Shown here: positions 25,501-37,800 of the stretch, one piece after another
Position numbering within the stretch: position 1 is the first letter of the stretch
Layout: the number at the start of each line of letters is the position of its first letter
Origin: Amoebophrya sp. A120
Lineage: Eukaryota; Protista; Dinoflagellata
Assembly: GCA_905178155.1 (NCBI GenBank)
Contig: CAJINV010000002.1
Location: forward strand, 12,595,621-12,659,620
DNA length: 64,000 bases
Direction of reading: 5' to 3'
Made by a program: the position numbers and the translations under genes
Notes under the pieces: generated by a model
What the model was told of the DNA's origin: nothing
What the model saw: only the letters and a program-made list of their open reading frames with translations
Database searches by the model: none

Positions 25501-27870
25501 TGCGCGGACGAAAACCCATCGGATGGATCCACCATTTCCGCAAGTCAATCACGGACTTCGCAAACGAACAACTCCACTCGTCAGCAAGGCGCAGGATTTC
25601 CGCGAAGAAAAAAAGCGGAAAAGGGTCCATGAGCGGCCCGGGAATGGGTTGCTGTTTCTGTCTGTAGCTGGCGATCAGACGGAGGTAGTCGTCGATCGGC
25701 AGCCGGTCGTGGATCCAATCCTCGACTTTCGGCGGGAACTCGGGATCGTGCTCTACATTCTGCGATTTGGGCGCCCCGTCGGATTCGTCTTGCGAGGAAT
25801 CTGTAGTTCCTCCCGTGGCAGAATTTTCATCCTTCGTGCTAGACTTGCTGGCGGTGGATTTTGACGTCGACATCATGGGGCTTCTAGTACTGGCTCGTAT
25901 TTTATTTCTACCTCGTCCCTTCGGTGCAAAGTGCTGGAAAAACCGTCCTGCCAGCCCGTCCTCGTCGTTCCAGTATGTCTCCAAGTGTTTTGCGTAATCT
26001 AAGCCGATCTGGCCGATGCTCCGGATCGGCTTGCGGTGGAAGTTGCGCGGGTGGTGAAGATATTCGTGCACCAGCTCGGCAAAGTCCGCATCCAATTGCT
26101 GATTCATCCGCATCGCGAATTTCTGGGGGGTCATGCCTGGTGGAAGTTTCCACTTTTTTGCTTTTGCCGGAGGGGAGGCGCGACTTGTTTTAGAGGAGTT
26201 TGGTGTTATACCAGCTCCTGTGCTTGATTCAACACTTCTCGCCTGCTGCTCCATGTTGGTGCTAGCCCGACGAGATGTCGATGAGGAGGACCCGCCCTCC
26301 TCATAATTTGAACCCATGGTCCCCGGGGCATTTGCAATCGATGCACTCTGAGTAGTTGTGCCCGTGTTGGTCGATTTCGTCGTGGTGGATTCCGATGTCG
26401 ATGCTGTTCTTTTAATTGGCGAGGAAGTGCTCTCCGTGCGGACCATACTCGGACTGCACACCGACACCGGCGGACTCTCACAGGTCACAAGCGAGTTCGG
26501 AACTTCTTGGCTGCTTTGCTCAGTGCTATTTGGAAGCGCAGGCGTCGAGAATAGGGAGCTGCAATCGCCGTCGCCACACTTTACGTTTGGCTTTGAATCC
26601 GCCGGCTCAGGCGAAGAAAGGTCAGTCAAAACGCTTGGGTTGCATGGCTCCTGCCGCCTCTCTGCTTCAACAGCGACAGCAGGGACGAGCGGCGGCGAAA
26701 CAATTGCGCTCATGGTTTTCGTTTTCTTCGACGAACGCGGCGCATTACAGGAGTTCTGAGGCTCGGCGATTCTCGACGTTTGCTCTACTGCACGAACCTT
26801 GGCCAAATCGATTTCCGACAGCTCGCATTTCTGTGCGTCCATAGCGTCCCGTAAAACCTGCGACATGTGCTGCACCAGCTTCTTCCCGTCTTCTTCGAAT
26901 TGGTAACGCAGGGGTACGTTCGTGTCGAGTGAAAAAAGCCACTTGTACATGGCAAGAATTGCTGGATTGTTCTTCCTGACGGCAGCATTATTCTGCACGT
27001 TCGGCACTGATCCGTCTTGCGATGGAGTGTGGCGGGCGGTCGCTATAGGCACGAAATGGGTCTGCGGCGCATCTGCTGAAGAACTAGAGGAAGCGGACGG
27101 TGGACTAGCGGCGATGCTTTCCGTACCGCAACTTTCATTGTCGTAAATCACCTTCAAATGATGCACGAGCCGGCTCTTCTCGGCACAGATCTGCATCTGT
27201 TCAATATCATTCGCGCGACAAAGCACGAGCACTTTCCAATTGAGATACCTGCGAATTCATTGCATTTGCTGCGTTGGCCGTCTGAAAAAAAAAAAGCACT
27301 GAGTTGTTTAGAAAAAAGTTTCATTCCTGACGGAAGTAGATGATCGGATGTGCAAACCAAACACTCCTGTAGAAAAAAAGCAAAAATGAGTTAAAAGTAC
27401 TCCTCCGCAAAAGCAGTTGGCCCGACAAACACGTCCAAGTAGCGAGTGATCAGGTTTCGCGATGCGAGCAGATTGTCGTTAGAAATCTGCAACAACTTTT
27501 CGCAGAGCTGCTCTCCGTGCCTCACTGTCCTCCAGGCGGCGTATCTATGTTCTGCGGCGCTTGTGCGGCTCCCGACGTCTGCTCCTACTGGCGGTAAACA
27601 CACCCGGTCAAAGTAACAGTATCGACTGGGGCTGCTGCACGGGGACGAATTCGCTTCCGAAACCCTGCTGCTGGCGCCGGTGCTGGGCGATGGCAGCACG
27701 AAATCTTTCTCGGAAAGATTCTCCCACCATGGCCTCGCTTTACGAGGAGCAACAGCGTGGTTGGAAACGTGCGCATTGGGTGTGCGCAGTACCGTGAGCC
27801 CGTGTCGGTCTGGTCCGGGCGCCTGGCCGGGTTGCACATTTCGCAACGCAGATTCGTGACGGTGCATCAT
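22562..27870 (-). CDS. C5 cytosine DNA methyltransferase, DNMT5-like catalytic domain, no recognisable SNF2 helicase (~1718 aa, 2 exons)
   Basis: Motif I IGTDCSGAEAP, II FACDIE, IV AGFPCKDFS, VI FILENV, VIII LPQCRCRIYF, X LAGNAMSVPV (~24215-25420). GT-AG intron 27249-27400 joins the upstream ORF in frame. Confidence 0.85.
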
Positions 27871-28851
27871 GATGCCACACCTAACGGAAAAATTTCAAAG
27901 CTAGGGGTGTGTTGCTAGTAGTTCCATCTTGTTGATACAGGTTGACGCAAACGCGCTCAGTCATCGATTTCGACGACGTGTTTTAGAGGTCACGAAGAAA
28001 TCGTCGAAAACTTCCCTATACTTCTGAATCTGGTCGATAACGAATTCTGTTGGTAAAGCTACCCATCCTGAAGAAGCCGCGGACCGACCTGGCGAAAACG
28101 CTGTTAGCGGCTCTGTGTTCTAGTTGATGTATCATGGGACAGCCTAAAGGCACTCTAATGGATTCCTGTTCATCCATGAGCGCGCGCTATGAACAGCACA
28201 AATCAGCAGCCAACAGACACACGTGGCTGTTTAATCTGTTTCCTCAGGCAAATGCAGGGCGATGGATCAATCATTTTGACCAACGTCAAGAAGCATGAAA
28301 CATAGGAAGTAGAGTTGTTTCGTGACAACTCACTAAATTCCTAAGTCCGATTCAATTCTTGAGTTTCCTCAACACTCGTATGCAGTTTATTTTTGTAATT
28401 TCTTTCTGGACGAAACGCGAACGAAATCCACATGGATAGATTCTACTGTGCATCCAACAAACTACTTTTGAATTCGGTTTTCTTCTTTTCCAGATGATAG
28501 ATACTTTTTTTCGCTAAAGTTCACGAACTATACTTTATGGTATTTGCCGATTTCTTTTCTATTGTTCCTGCTCAAGAAGCTAAACACCTTCCTTTGTTTA
28601 CCCTTTTCTGTGCTGGAAACGAAACGGAGAGAATCTTGATAGAACTGACTTGCATCATCATGCACTTGTTTCACTCTCGTGTAGCTTTCTTCTGTAATCC
28701 ACTAAAGATAAACGTGCCAACCCGATCATCTAAATACTCAACTAATTCTCATTTTTAGCAAACGGAAATAATCATGGGTAACGCGTTTATGAATGTCTAT
28801 GACCGTGCTCACGCTGAGCAGACCGGCACATCATCCTCATGTGATTCAGAT

Positions 28852-31800
28852 TTACTCAATCTGCGCCAAAAGGCACACGCCGCGCAGACGCCAGTGGGAG
28901 TTGTGTGTGTCCGTTTTTAACAACAAACGAAAGATCAGGTATTTGTCGTTTCGCCGTGGGTATTTGTAGACCGCACAATCATACGGGGTCTGGTGGCCGT
29001 AGTCACCCCGCTTTTGCTTCTGCTCCTTCGCGGTGACAGCGGTGACGTAAATGACAGGCATCTGGTATTGATCAAAAGTTTATTCCACTTGGACACGTTT
29101 CAGTAGAAACCAATCTGCACCAACTATGCCGCCGATGAGGGACAGGAGAGCGATGCAAAAAAGATTCATTATAGTAGCCGCACCAAAAGTAAACATAATA
29201 ATAATCCCTCGGTACCTGGATAAACAGCTTCTTCGGCTCCGATTCATCGATCTTGCCCTCCTGCCGGTTCCAGCGAGCGCCCTCCATGAAAAGACCGTGG
29301 ATGTTCTGACCCTCGTCGGGAACGTCTTTGACGCGTTCCACGTCGTACATCAAGATCTCCGTGTGCGTCATCACATCGTCCAACGCCCACTGGTCTTTTT
29401 TGTGTTGCCGCGTCACCTCTTGCCGGACGCCAGTCAGGAAACCTAGAAGCAGTTACAATAACGATGATGATCCAGAACGAAATAACAAGTATGCATTATG
29501 GGCTGCAGCATCACCGAGCGTAGACCACACAAGGAGTCTCGTCTCGATGTTGGGACACAAATAAGCAACACTTTCAAAGCAAGCGGCCACATAGTACCTT
29601 GCGCGTTCGTGAATCCGGTCAACCAGTAGGCTTTCATGTACTGGCGGCCGTTCTCCAGCCAGGTGTTCAGCAAAATTTGTCGGTCCAATAGCCCCGTGAA
29701 CCAGCCACCGATGTTGGGCATCAACCACGAGATCTCGGCCCCGGACGTATCAAAAGGAAAAACCCCCCCTCCCCATATCAAAACGAAGTTTCTGATGCTG
29801 GATTTGGGTACACAAATCAGCTTTGTATTGCAGAGAGGCATTGCGGACAGATCTCCAGGCTAGATAGGGGCGGGCGTGTCTAGTTGTTTAGCATGGCAAA
29901 CGGCTCCCCTTTAGGCCCAACAGCATCACAAACCGCTTCCAGAATGGGGCTAAAGCTCCTGCCCTTGTCTTCTTGCAAGACAAAAAGGATTTGTGACCTC
30001 AAATCAGCAACACAAATTTTCGAAGTCGTGCCTTTTCAATGTGGGGAGGGGGGATTTTTCCTTTCAATAGGACGGATCGTGCGTCCAGCGACTCGGCACC
30101 TTGGCGTCGAACACGGAGTTATGGATTGCAAAAGTGTCTGGGTCTGGAACAAGATTGCAACTTGTCATACTAAATCCGAATCATGCAGAAATCTGTGTTG
30201 CATGAGTGCCAAAAGCTGTCCACTTTCGACCAAGTTTGGAGGGAGTTTCTCATGCAGGATAGGCATGGCAGAGACCTCGCAGACTCTGTCATGCTAGGTC
30301 CCGCATTCCAGACCTCACGGGTCATGAAAAACCTGCATGGCAAGTTTACACTTTTCCAGACCCAGACATTTTTGCATTTGATAGGAGTTCAGGTCCTGCA
30401 ACAGTTCCGGGGTCATGACCACCGTCCCGTCGATCGCCATGATCAGGGCCTGCAGATTCTGCCGCACGATCCCGATAATGTTCTGCAACCGTTGCAGCTC
30501 CTGGAACAGGAAGATGTTCAGCGGCGCCCCGAACCCCTTGTCCGCCACGCCCGGCGGGCCCTTCAGCTTCGTGATAGCCGCGCGGAAGATTTCCTCGACG
30601 AAGTCCGGCGGCATTTTCGCCAGGTAGTCGGCGCAGATGTCCTTCACAATCTCGTCGGTGGACTTCCCGGAACCGCCGCCGCTGTCTTTCGGCTGCGTTT
30701 CCAGAATGGTCGTCAGCATCTCGCTGGCTTCCTTCAGGCGGTAGGTCAGGTCCGCGTTCGTGTGCAGGCCGAAGATCATGGGCGAGTCGATCGCGGGCAC
30801 CTGGTCGATGTAGTCCTTGTAGGTGGAGATCTCCAACCCCTCCGGGACCTTGTAGTCGAACTCGGACACGTACTGGTTGAACTTGAAGCCCGGCTTGAAA
30901 ATCTCCTCGTATCCTGAGTAAAAACGTACCCACACGACCGGAGTCAACGTGGAAAATCTGCTAGACAAATCAGCCAAATTTGGTTGTCTCGCATGACAAA
31001 TTTGTCCTCGTAGTGTAATCCTGTTGAGCTAGTTCAGCAGCATCACAGATCTAGCATATCATGCTATTTCTAGCATCACAAATCCCAAAACACGACTAGA
31101 AAAAGCTTCTCATGGGGCTTCGCATGAGAAACTTTTTTGGCATGCAAATTTGCATGACAACTCTGGGGTGGGGATGTTTTTACTCGGAATACCTCGTTGA
31201 ACCACTTCAGTGTGTACGTCGCGAAGAGTTCGCGGTCCAGGTCGTCTATCAAGTGTAAAAATGTCTGGGTCTGGAAGATTTCTAGATTTGTCATGCGCAT
31301 TTTCCATGACGCATGATGTCTGTGATGCATGCCGTAGCATCACAGATTTTTAGAGCGCTTCCTCATGCCTATTCCGCATGACAAATGCCATCTCCGCGGA
31401 GCACAAAGTCTACTCCTCTTACTGGTCATGCAATACAAATCTTTTTCGAATCGTCCAGAGACCGCATCACAAGTTTAGATTCTTCCAGACCCAGACATTT
31501 TTACAGTTGATATCGTCCGTGATCCTGCCCCCGTACTGCACCTTATCGTACGAAAAAAGTGCTTCACGATGTTGCAAGTTTTGCATCACAAGTTTATTGT
31601 ACATCACAGAGAAAATTTGCCATGCGAGATTCCTCAGGGAAAACACAGCTAAAAATCCATTGTCTTGCATGTGTAGCAAGACAAACACTTCTCAGATACA
31701 TTTTCTGCATCACAAGTTTACAGTGAAACAGTTTTTTCGTTGCATACACCTCCGCCACCATGTACTGGATCGTGTTCCACGAAAGCGGCTGCCCGACGGT

Positions 31801-34800
31801 CACGGTGGAAGACAAGTGCTTCTCCAAAAAGTTCAGGCACGCTTTATGACAGTGAAAAATGCCCTCACCCCCAACGTTTGTGATGCGAAGTTTCCAAATG
31901 AAATCTTTTTGTCATGCATGAAAGGAGTACGAATCTTTGTGATGCAGGGTCGAGGCGTATATCGCATCGCTTGCATGACAAGCGCCGCTCTTGCTGGAGT
32001 CTCTTGCAATACAGATTTTTGCTCTTCACGGTTGTGAATCTGTGATGCAGATAGATGCAAGATGGCGAATGTTTCATTTGCAAAGGTTTGCAATACAAAT
32101 GCTCCCAAGTTCGGGGGTGGGGGCACTTTTCATGGTAATACGCTTCCAGATCACTGTTGTTGTACTCGTACGGGATGCACCACCCGATGTATCGCGAGGA
32201 AAATTGCCCCCACCCCCAAAGTTGCAAAAATGTGTGATGCGAAGTTTCCAAATGAAAACTTTTTGTTATGCATGACAGGAGTATGAATCTTTCTGATGCA
32301 GAGTGTAGGTATGTTTCTGTTTTGTATCGCTTGCATGACAAACGCCGCTCTTGCTGGGATCTTTTGCAATACAAGTTTTTGCTATTCACGGTCGCCAATC
32401 TGTGATGCTGATAGATGCAAAAGGGCGAATGTTTCATGTGGAAAGGTTTGCAATGCAAATGCTTTCAAGTTCGGGGGTGGGGGCATTTTTCATTGTAATA
32501 CGATGGCGCCGAACTTCCGCCGTTCCTGCACGGTGGAGTGCAGGAAGGCCTGGACGAACGTGATAATGCGCCACTTTTCGTGGTCGATCTTGTCTAGCGT
32601 CTCCTGGGACATGATCGTCGTGTACGTGCGATACAGACCGGCTTTCAGACCCGCTGGGGGTTCTAGCGTCACCTTGATCGCCATCTGGAGCAAACCGATC
32701 GGGAAGGCTTTCGTGATCTCGCACGTGATCCAGAGCCGGAAGTCCTCGCTGATCTCGGGGGTTTTGCCCAAAATATCTTCCTGCTGAGACATGAAGCCGA
32801 TACCAAGATGGCAGTTCTGCAAAATCACCCACGAGCCGTTCAGGAAGCTGTTGCAGGAGAAGAAAAATTTGAATTTCGCTTTTTCATGCAATTTTTGAGA
32901 TGTTGCAGGTATAACATTTCACTTTATCATTTTTCTCTGCAAAAATCCTTACGCAAAAGCAAAACTAGGTTACCCGTTCTTCATCTTTTCCATGGCGACG
33001 ATCTCCTGTCCTTCACCCATGGACACTTTGTCGGTCGGGAACCTCTTCCGCTTCTTCGCCAATTCGTCGATGCTGCTCGTGGGGTCGCTGCCCGCAGTCA
33101 GCAAGTACAGGATCGGCTTGCGCGGACCGGACTCCTCAAAGATTTCCGACACCGGATCCGTGACCGGGTCGGTGAAGCGCGAACCCAGCTGCGCGTTGAT
33201 GAACTGCGCACAGGCGACGGACGTGCGGTCCTCCCGCACGCACCGCACCAGGGTCAGGCGGAGGAAGTACCCCAGGGTCCGCTCCATCACGATGCGCTCC
33301 TCGAAGTCAGGCACGGGGCAGGTTTCCGGCTCGTTCTCGTCGAACCACCGCTTCCACGCGGTCTCGTTGCGGGAAATCAGATCAACAATTTCGCGGAAAA
33401 ACAGCAAATTCTCCGTGCCGAACTGGTGCCTGGACAACTGCAGAATATTCAGCCAGATCTTGTCGCTCAACCACCGGAAGGGGTTCGGCCGTTCCGCCTT
33501 CACGTCGAGCGCGGACCCCGCTTTCAAGAAGACCGAGACGTCCGCACTGGTTAAGACGCCCGCAATCACCAGGATCTTCAGCGTCACCATCAGCTTGAAC
33601 GTCATTTTATCGCGCTCGAACAGGCCGCGGTTCATGTACCGGTAGACCTGGTAGGTGAGGTAGTCGATGATTTTCTCCACGCGTTTCGACGTTGGCTGCA
33701 CCTTCTCCGACCGCTGCACGGAAATGTCGAACTGCTCGAGAAACTGCATCAGACTGCAGTTGTACATCCACCCAGTCGGCTGCATGGTGATCGGGTTCGA
33801 AACCAGCGTCATGTCCGTCATCTGGAAGTACATAATGGACCCGCGTGTGGCCACTGGTCGGAACTGCTCGCGTTTTTCGTTGATCTCGACCTCCTTCTCA
33901 GCCGCGTCTTTCAGCTTCTGCGACACCTCTGTCGCTTTCGCCTTCGTGTTCGCGAGAACCGCAATCAGCTCCGTGTCGTCGAGGAGATTCCCCGTGGAAT
34001 TCGACAGCCGCTCGAGCAGCTGCGCATCGAGAAGTTGCAGCGCCTTCGTGTTGGACGTGACTTCCTCTTTCAAAGCGGATAGCGATTCCTCCAGCGATTT
34101 CTGTTCCATCGACAGCACGCGGCCAAGCAACTGCTGCTCCAACCCCTTCAGCGTGACCGTGAAGTCGATCACCGTACACTTCGCGGACAACTCCGGCGAG
34201 AAGTGAGGGTTGGGCAGACGGGAGGTCATGAACAGGTAGAAGTTCACGTTGTAGTCCATATTCTGGTCCGAAATGTTGATGTAGAAGTTCTTTTATCAAC
34301 TGCAAAAATGTCTGGTCTGGAAGAATGCGAGGTCTGTCATGCGTGTCTGGCATGACTGAAAAGTTTGTGATGCGTGTCCAAGATGAGACCCGTTTACTTT
34401 TCATGCACAAACCCACTTTGTCATGCGGAAAGCGCAATACTAAGCAGCGCGGATATTTCTCATGCTTGGCTGTGAATTACAGAGCATTCACTCTTCCCAA
34501 CCCAGCATTACAAGTTTCCAGACCCAGACACTTTTGCATTTCATATCTTTCCCTTCTTGATGATCGCGCGATCAAGCAGGGGGTCCAACATCGGGTCAAT
34601 GTCGTATCAAAGTGAAAAATGCCCCCACCCCCGAACTTGGAAGCATTTGTACTGCAAACCTTTCCAAATGAAGCATTCGCCCTCTTGCATCTATCAGCAT
34701 CACAGATTTCCCATCGTGAATAGCAAAAATTTGTATTGCAAAAGACCCCAGCAAGAGTGGCGCTTTTCATGCAAGCGATGCGATACACACCCAGACTCTG

Positions 34801-37800
34801 CATCAGAAAGATTCGTACTTCTTTCTTTCATGCATGACAAAAAGTTTTCATTTGGAAACTTCGCATCACAAATTTTTGCGACTTTGGGGGTGGGGGCATT
34901 TTTCACTGTAATATGTCGTTCTCGACGTTCTCGATGAGCAGGACCAGCCCCTCGCCCATGGTGAACTCGATGAAGTCTTTCAGCCGCGGGTTCGCCAACG
35001 TGGTGATGCTCATGCCGTGGCTCATGGAGATGCGCTCCGCCTCCCGGCTCTTGATCCAGCGGTTAGCCTGGCCCTGCGGGTCGACCATCAAGGGGTAGCG
35101 GGAGGACCGGGTCACCATGATCCCGTTCTGAATGGAAAGATCATCCGCGGGCAATCCCTGCAGCGTCCACTCCCCAACCGTGCCCTGGTCGACCAGAAAC
35201 CCGACCAGGTCCATCTGCGTGCTGGCCGGCACCTGGCGCCGCACCGTTTCCGCGAAGAAGTACTCGGTGTTCAGCTTCTCCCTGAATTCCGCGTTGAAGG
35301 GTCCGCAAAACGTCACGAACGCGCAGGCGAGCGCAATGTCGCCGACGAGCCGAACCCGTCGGATCGCGAAGTTCTTGGAGTCCTCGGTCCACCGTGCGTT
35401 CTCGCCGGACAACCCGTTCAGCAGCGCGTTCGCGGCGTCCATCTTCTTCTTCATGGCGGTGGCGTTCTGCTCCAACACGTTCTTTTTGTCCATCGCCTCC
35501 TGCAGTTGCGCATCCAAGACGGCCACTTCGCCCATCACCTTCGCCAAAGACTCCTCCGCCTCGGCGAGCTCGGCCATAGCCTTGTCAAGTTTCGCTTCCT
35601 GGACCTTCAAAAAGTTCAGTTTTGGTGTGACGATCTTGGCCGCGCCGTGGTACATCACCATGGCGCCGACAAACTTGCACAAACCCTCCGCAGCGCCCGA
35701 CGCCTTCTTCGCGACCGCCGGGTCCAGAATCCGGTGCGCCGCCCACGGGCACCAGTTCTTCGCCGGATTGTCGGAATGCCGCAAGTAGGGCTCTAAAAGC
35801 TCACACGTTTCGTCGTTGATGTTGTTCTTCTCGTTCTCGGCGAAGTCGAGCAGCGACGGCAAAAACCGCATGTCGGACAGCGTGAACTTGGTGAACTCTT
35901 GGAAGGAGTCCGCGATGAAGGTTCCGTCCGTCTTCGCGATGTTGAACTGTTTTGGCGCGGGGTCGACCACTTTTTGCAACATCAAAATCGCAAGACCGTC
36001 GAACGTCAGCTTGATCACGTCCGTGGGGTTTTTGTTCGTCTTCAATTCCGTGATGTCCTTCGGGGTGATGGACTTGCAGGCCGCTTCTGCCTCGTGCAAA
36101 AACGGCATGGCCTTCTTCAATTCCTCCTCCGCCGACGCCTTCTCGACGGAAATCATGTCCGCCGACTCCTGGCACGCCGCCTTCTGCACGCCGACCTCCC
36201 CGGCCTTCTTCTCCGCCTTCGCCTTTTCCCGCTGCACCGTGGCAAGCAGCTTGTTGGTCTTCTCCTCCTCGACCGCCAGCACTTTCGACGCCTCTTTCAG
36301 TTCCGCCTTCATCTCCTCCACCTGCTTGGCCGCACCGGCGAGCTTTTCCAACCCCGTGTTCACGGACTTCTCCTGCGTGTTGACCTCGTCGTACTTCACC
36401 TTGTACAGCTTCTTGTAGAACTCGATGAGGCAAAGGAACGTTTTCGGCGTGACATACACGTGCTTCCGCATCCGCTGAAAATACAGACTGCACACGTCGT
36501 TCACCTGCGCTTGAAAACTCCCCAGAAGCGCGTACAAGCCCTGTTTGTGCTCTTTGGTCGCGTCGATGTCAAACTTGGACAAGAAAGAGGACGACACGGC
36601 GACCAGCGCCTCCGGCGGCCAGGGCAGGAACCAGTTGATGGACACCGCGGAGAACACGGCGGGGAACTTCTGCGCCCGGATGGGAAACTTCTCGTTCATC
36701 GGACTGAAGCAGAGGATGATGTGCAGGTTGTCGCGCAGCCGGTCGAGGAAGTACCGGTAGAGGTTGGGGACGGACTCCTCCATATCCTGTGTAAAAACAT
36801 CCCCACCCCAGAGTTGTCTTGCAGAAATGCCAGCACACGCGCACTTGTAATGCGCATCCCCATGATAGGCATTCCCGATCGTGTTTTGGAACTTGTAATG
36901 CGGTAAACAGGATAAGCAGATGGATTTGTGATGCGACTTCCCTTGCTAAACTGCATTACGATCATACAGCCTGCAATTTGTCATGCGTGGTTCCCAAAAC
37001 TTCAAGGTTTGTGTTGCAAAATCCCCATCTTGACTCTGGGTTCGGGACGTTTTTACATGTGATACTCTACCCCAGGGCAATCGCGGACGAAGTCGTTGCG
37101 GCAGTCTGCAGCCTATGGATTGTAAAAATGTCTGGGTCTGGAAGCAGGTTGCAACTTGTCATGCTATGTTTCGACTCCAAAAAGATTTGTATTGCATGAC
37201 CAGCAAGAGGAGTCCAGTTTTTGCTACGTGGGGAGGGCATTTGTCATGCGGAATAGGCATCAGGAGGCCTTCTAAAAATCTGTGATGCTAGGTCCCGCAT
37301 TCCAGACCTCATGGGTCATGGGAAACCTGCATGACAGACATGCACTTTTCCAGACCCAGACATTTTTACAGTTGATACAGCCATGCCGTCGCGCTCGTCC
37401 TTCTGGAACAGGCCGACCACCTCACCGGTGGCGAGGATGCTGTTCAAGTACTCCAAGAAACCCTCGTTCTTCACCTCCGCGTCCGTGAAGAGGAACGCCA
37501 CCGGCTCGTTCTTGGCCCCCGCCGCCACGTAGAGCGCCCGCAAGTCCTCGAAGAGCGCGTTGTCGTTGTAGGTTTTGGTGATGGTAATCTGAAAGGACTT
37601 CTGGCGGGAGATGTAGGAGGAGAGTCGGGTTAGCGACTGTTTGCCCGAACCACCGACACCGACCAGCATCGCGGACCCGCGCGGAAACTGGATGATCCGA
37701 TTGATCCGCATCATGTACTTCATGGCGTCATCGAACAAGACGAGATTCATCTGCTTCGCCGGAAACTGTTCGTTGAACTTGGTGAGGTACTCGTACGCCT

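Noticed and set aside
29748-32500. Repeat-spacer-like pattern resembling a CRISPR array
   Set aside because: The repeats are 200-320 bp TIR elements of different families, the spacers are dynein exons, and there are no cas genes.
31378-32787. Short ORFs within elements (FQTQTF, PDPDIF, NVWVW peptides) as a transposase
   Set aside because: These are translations of the TIR sequence. The elements are too short and show no catalytic motifs.
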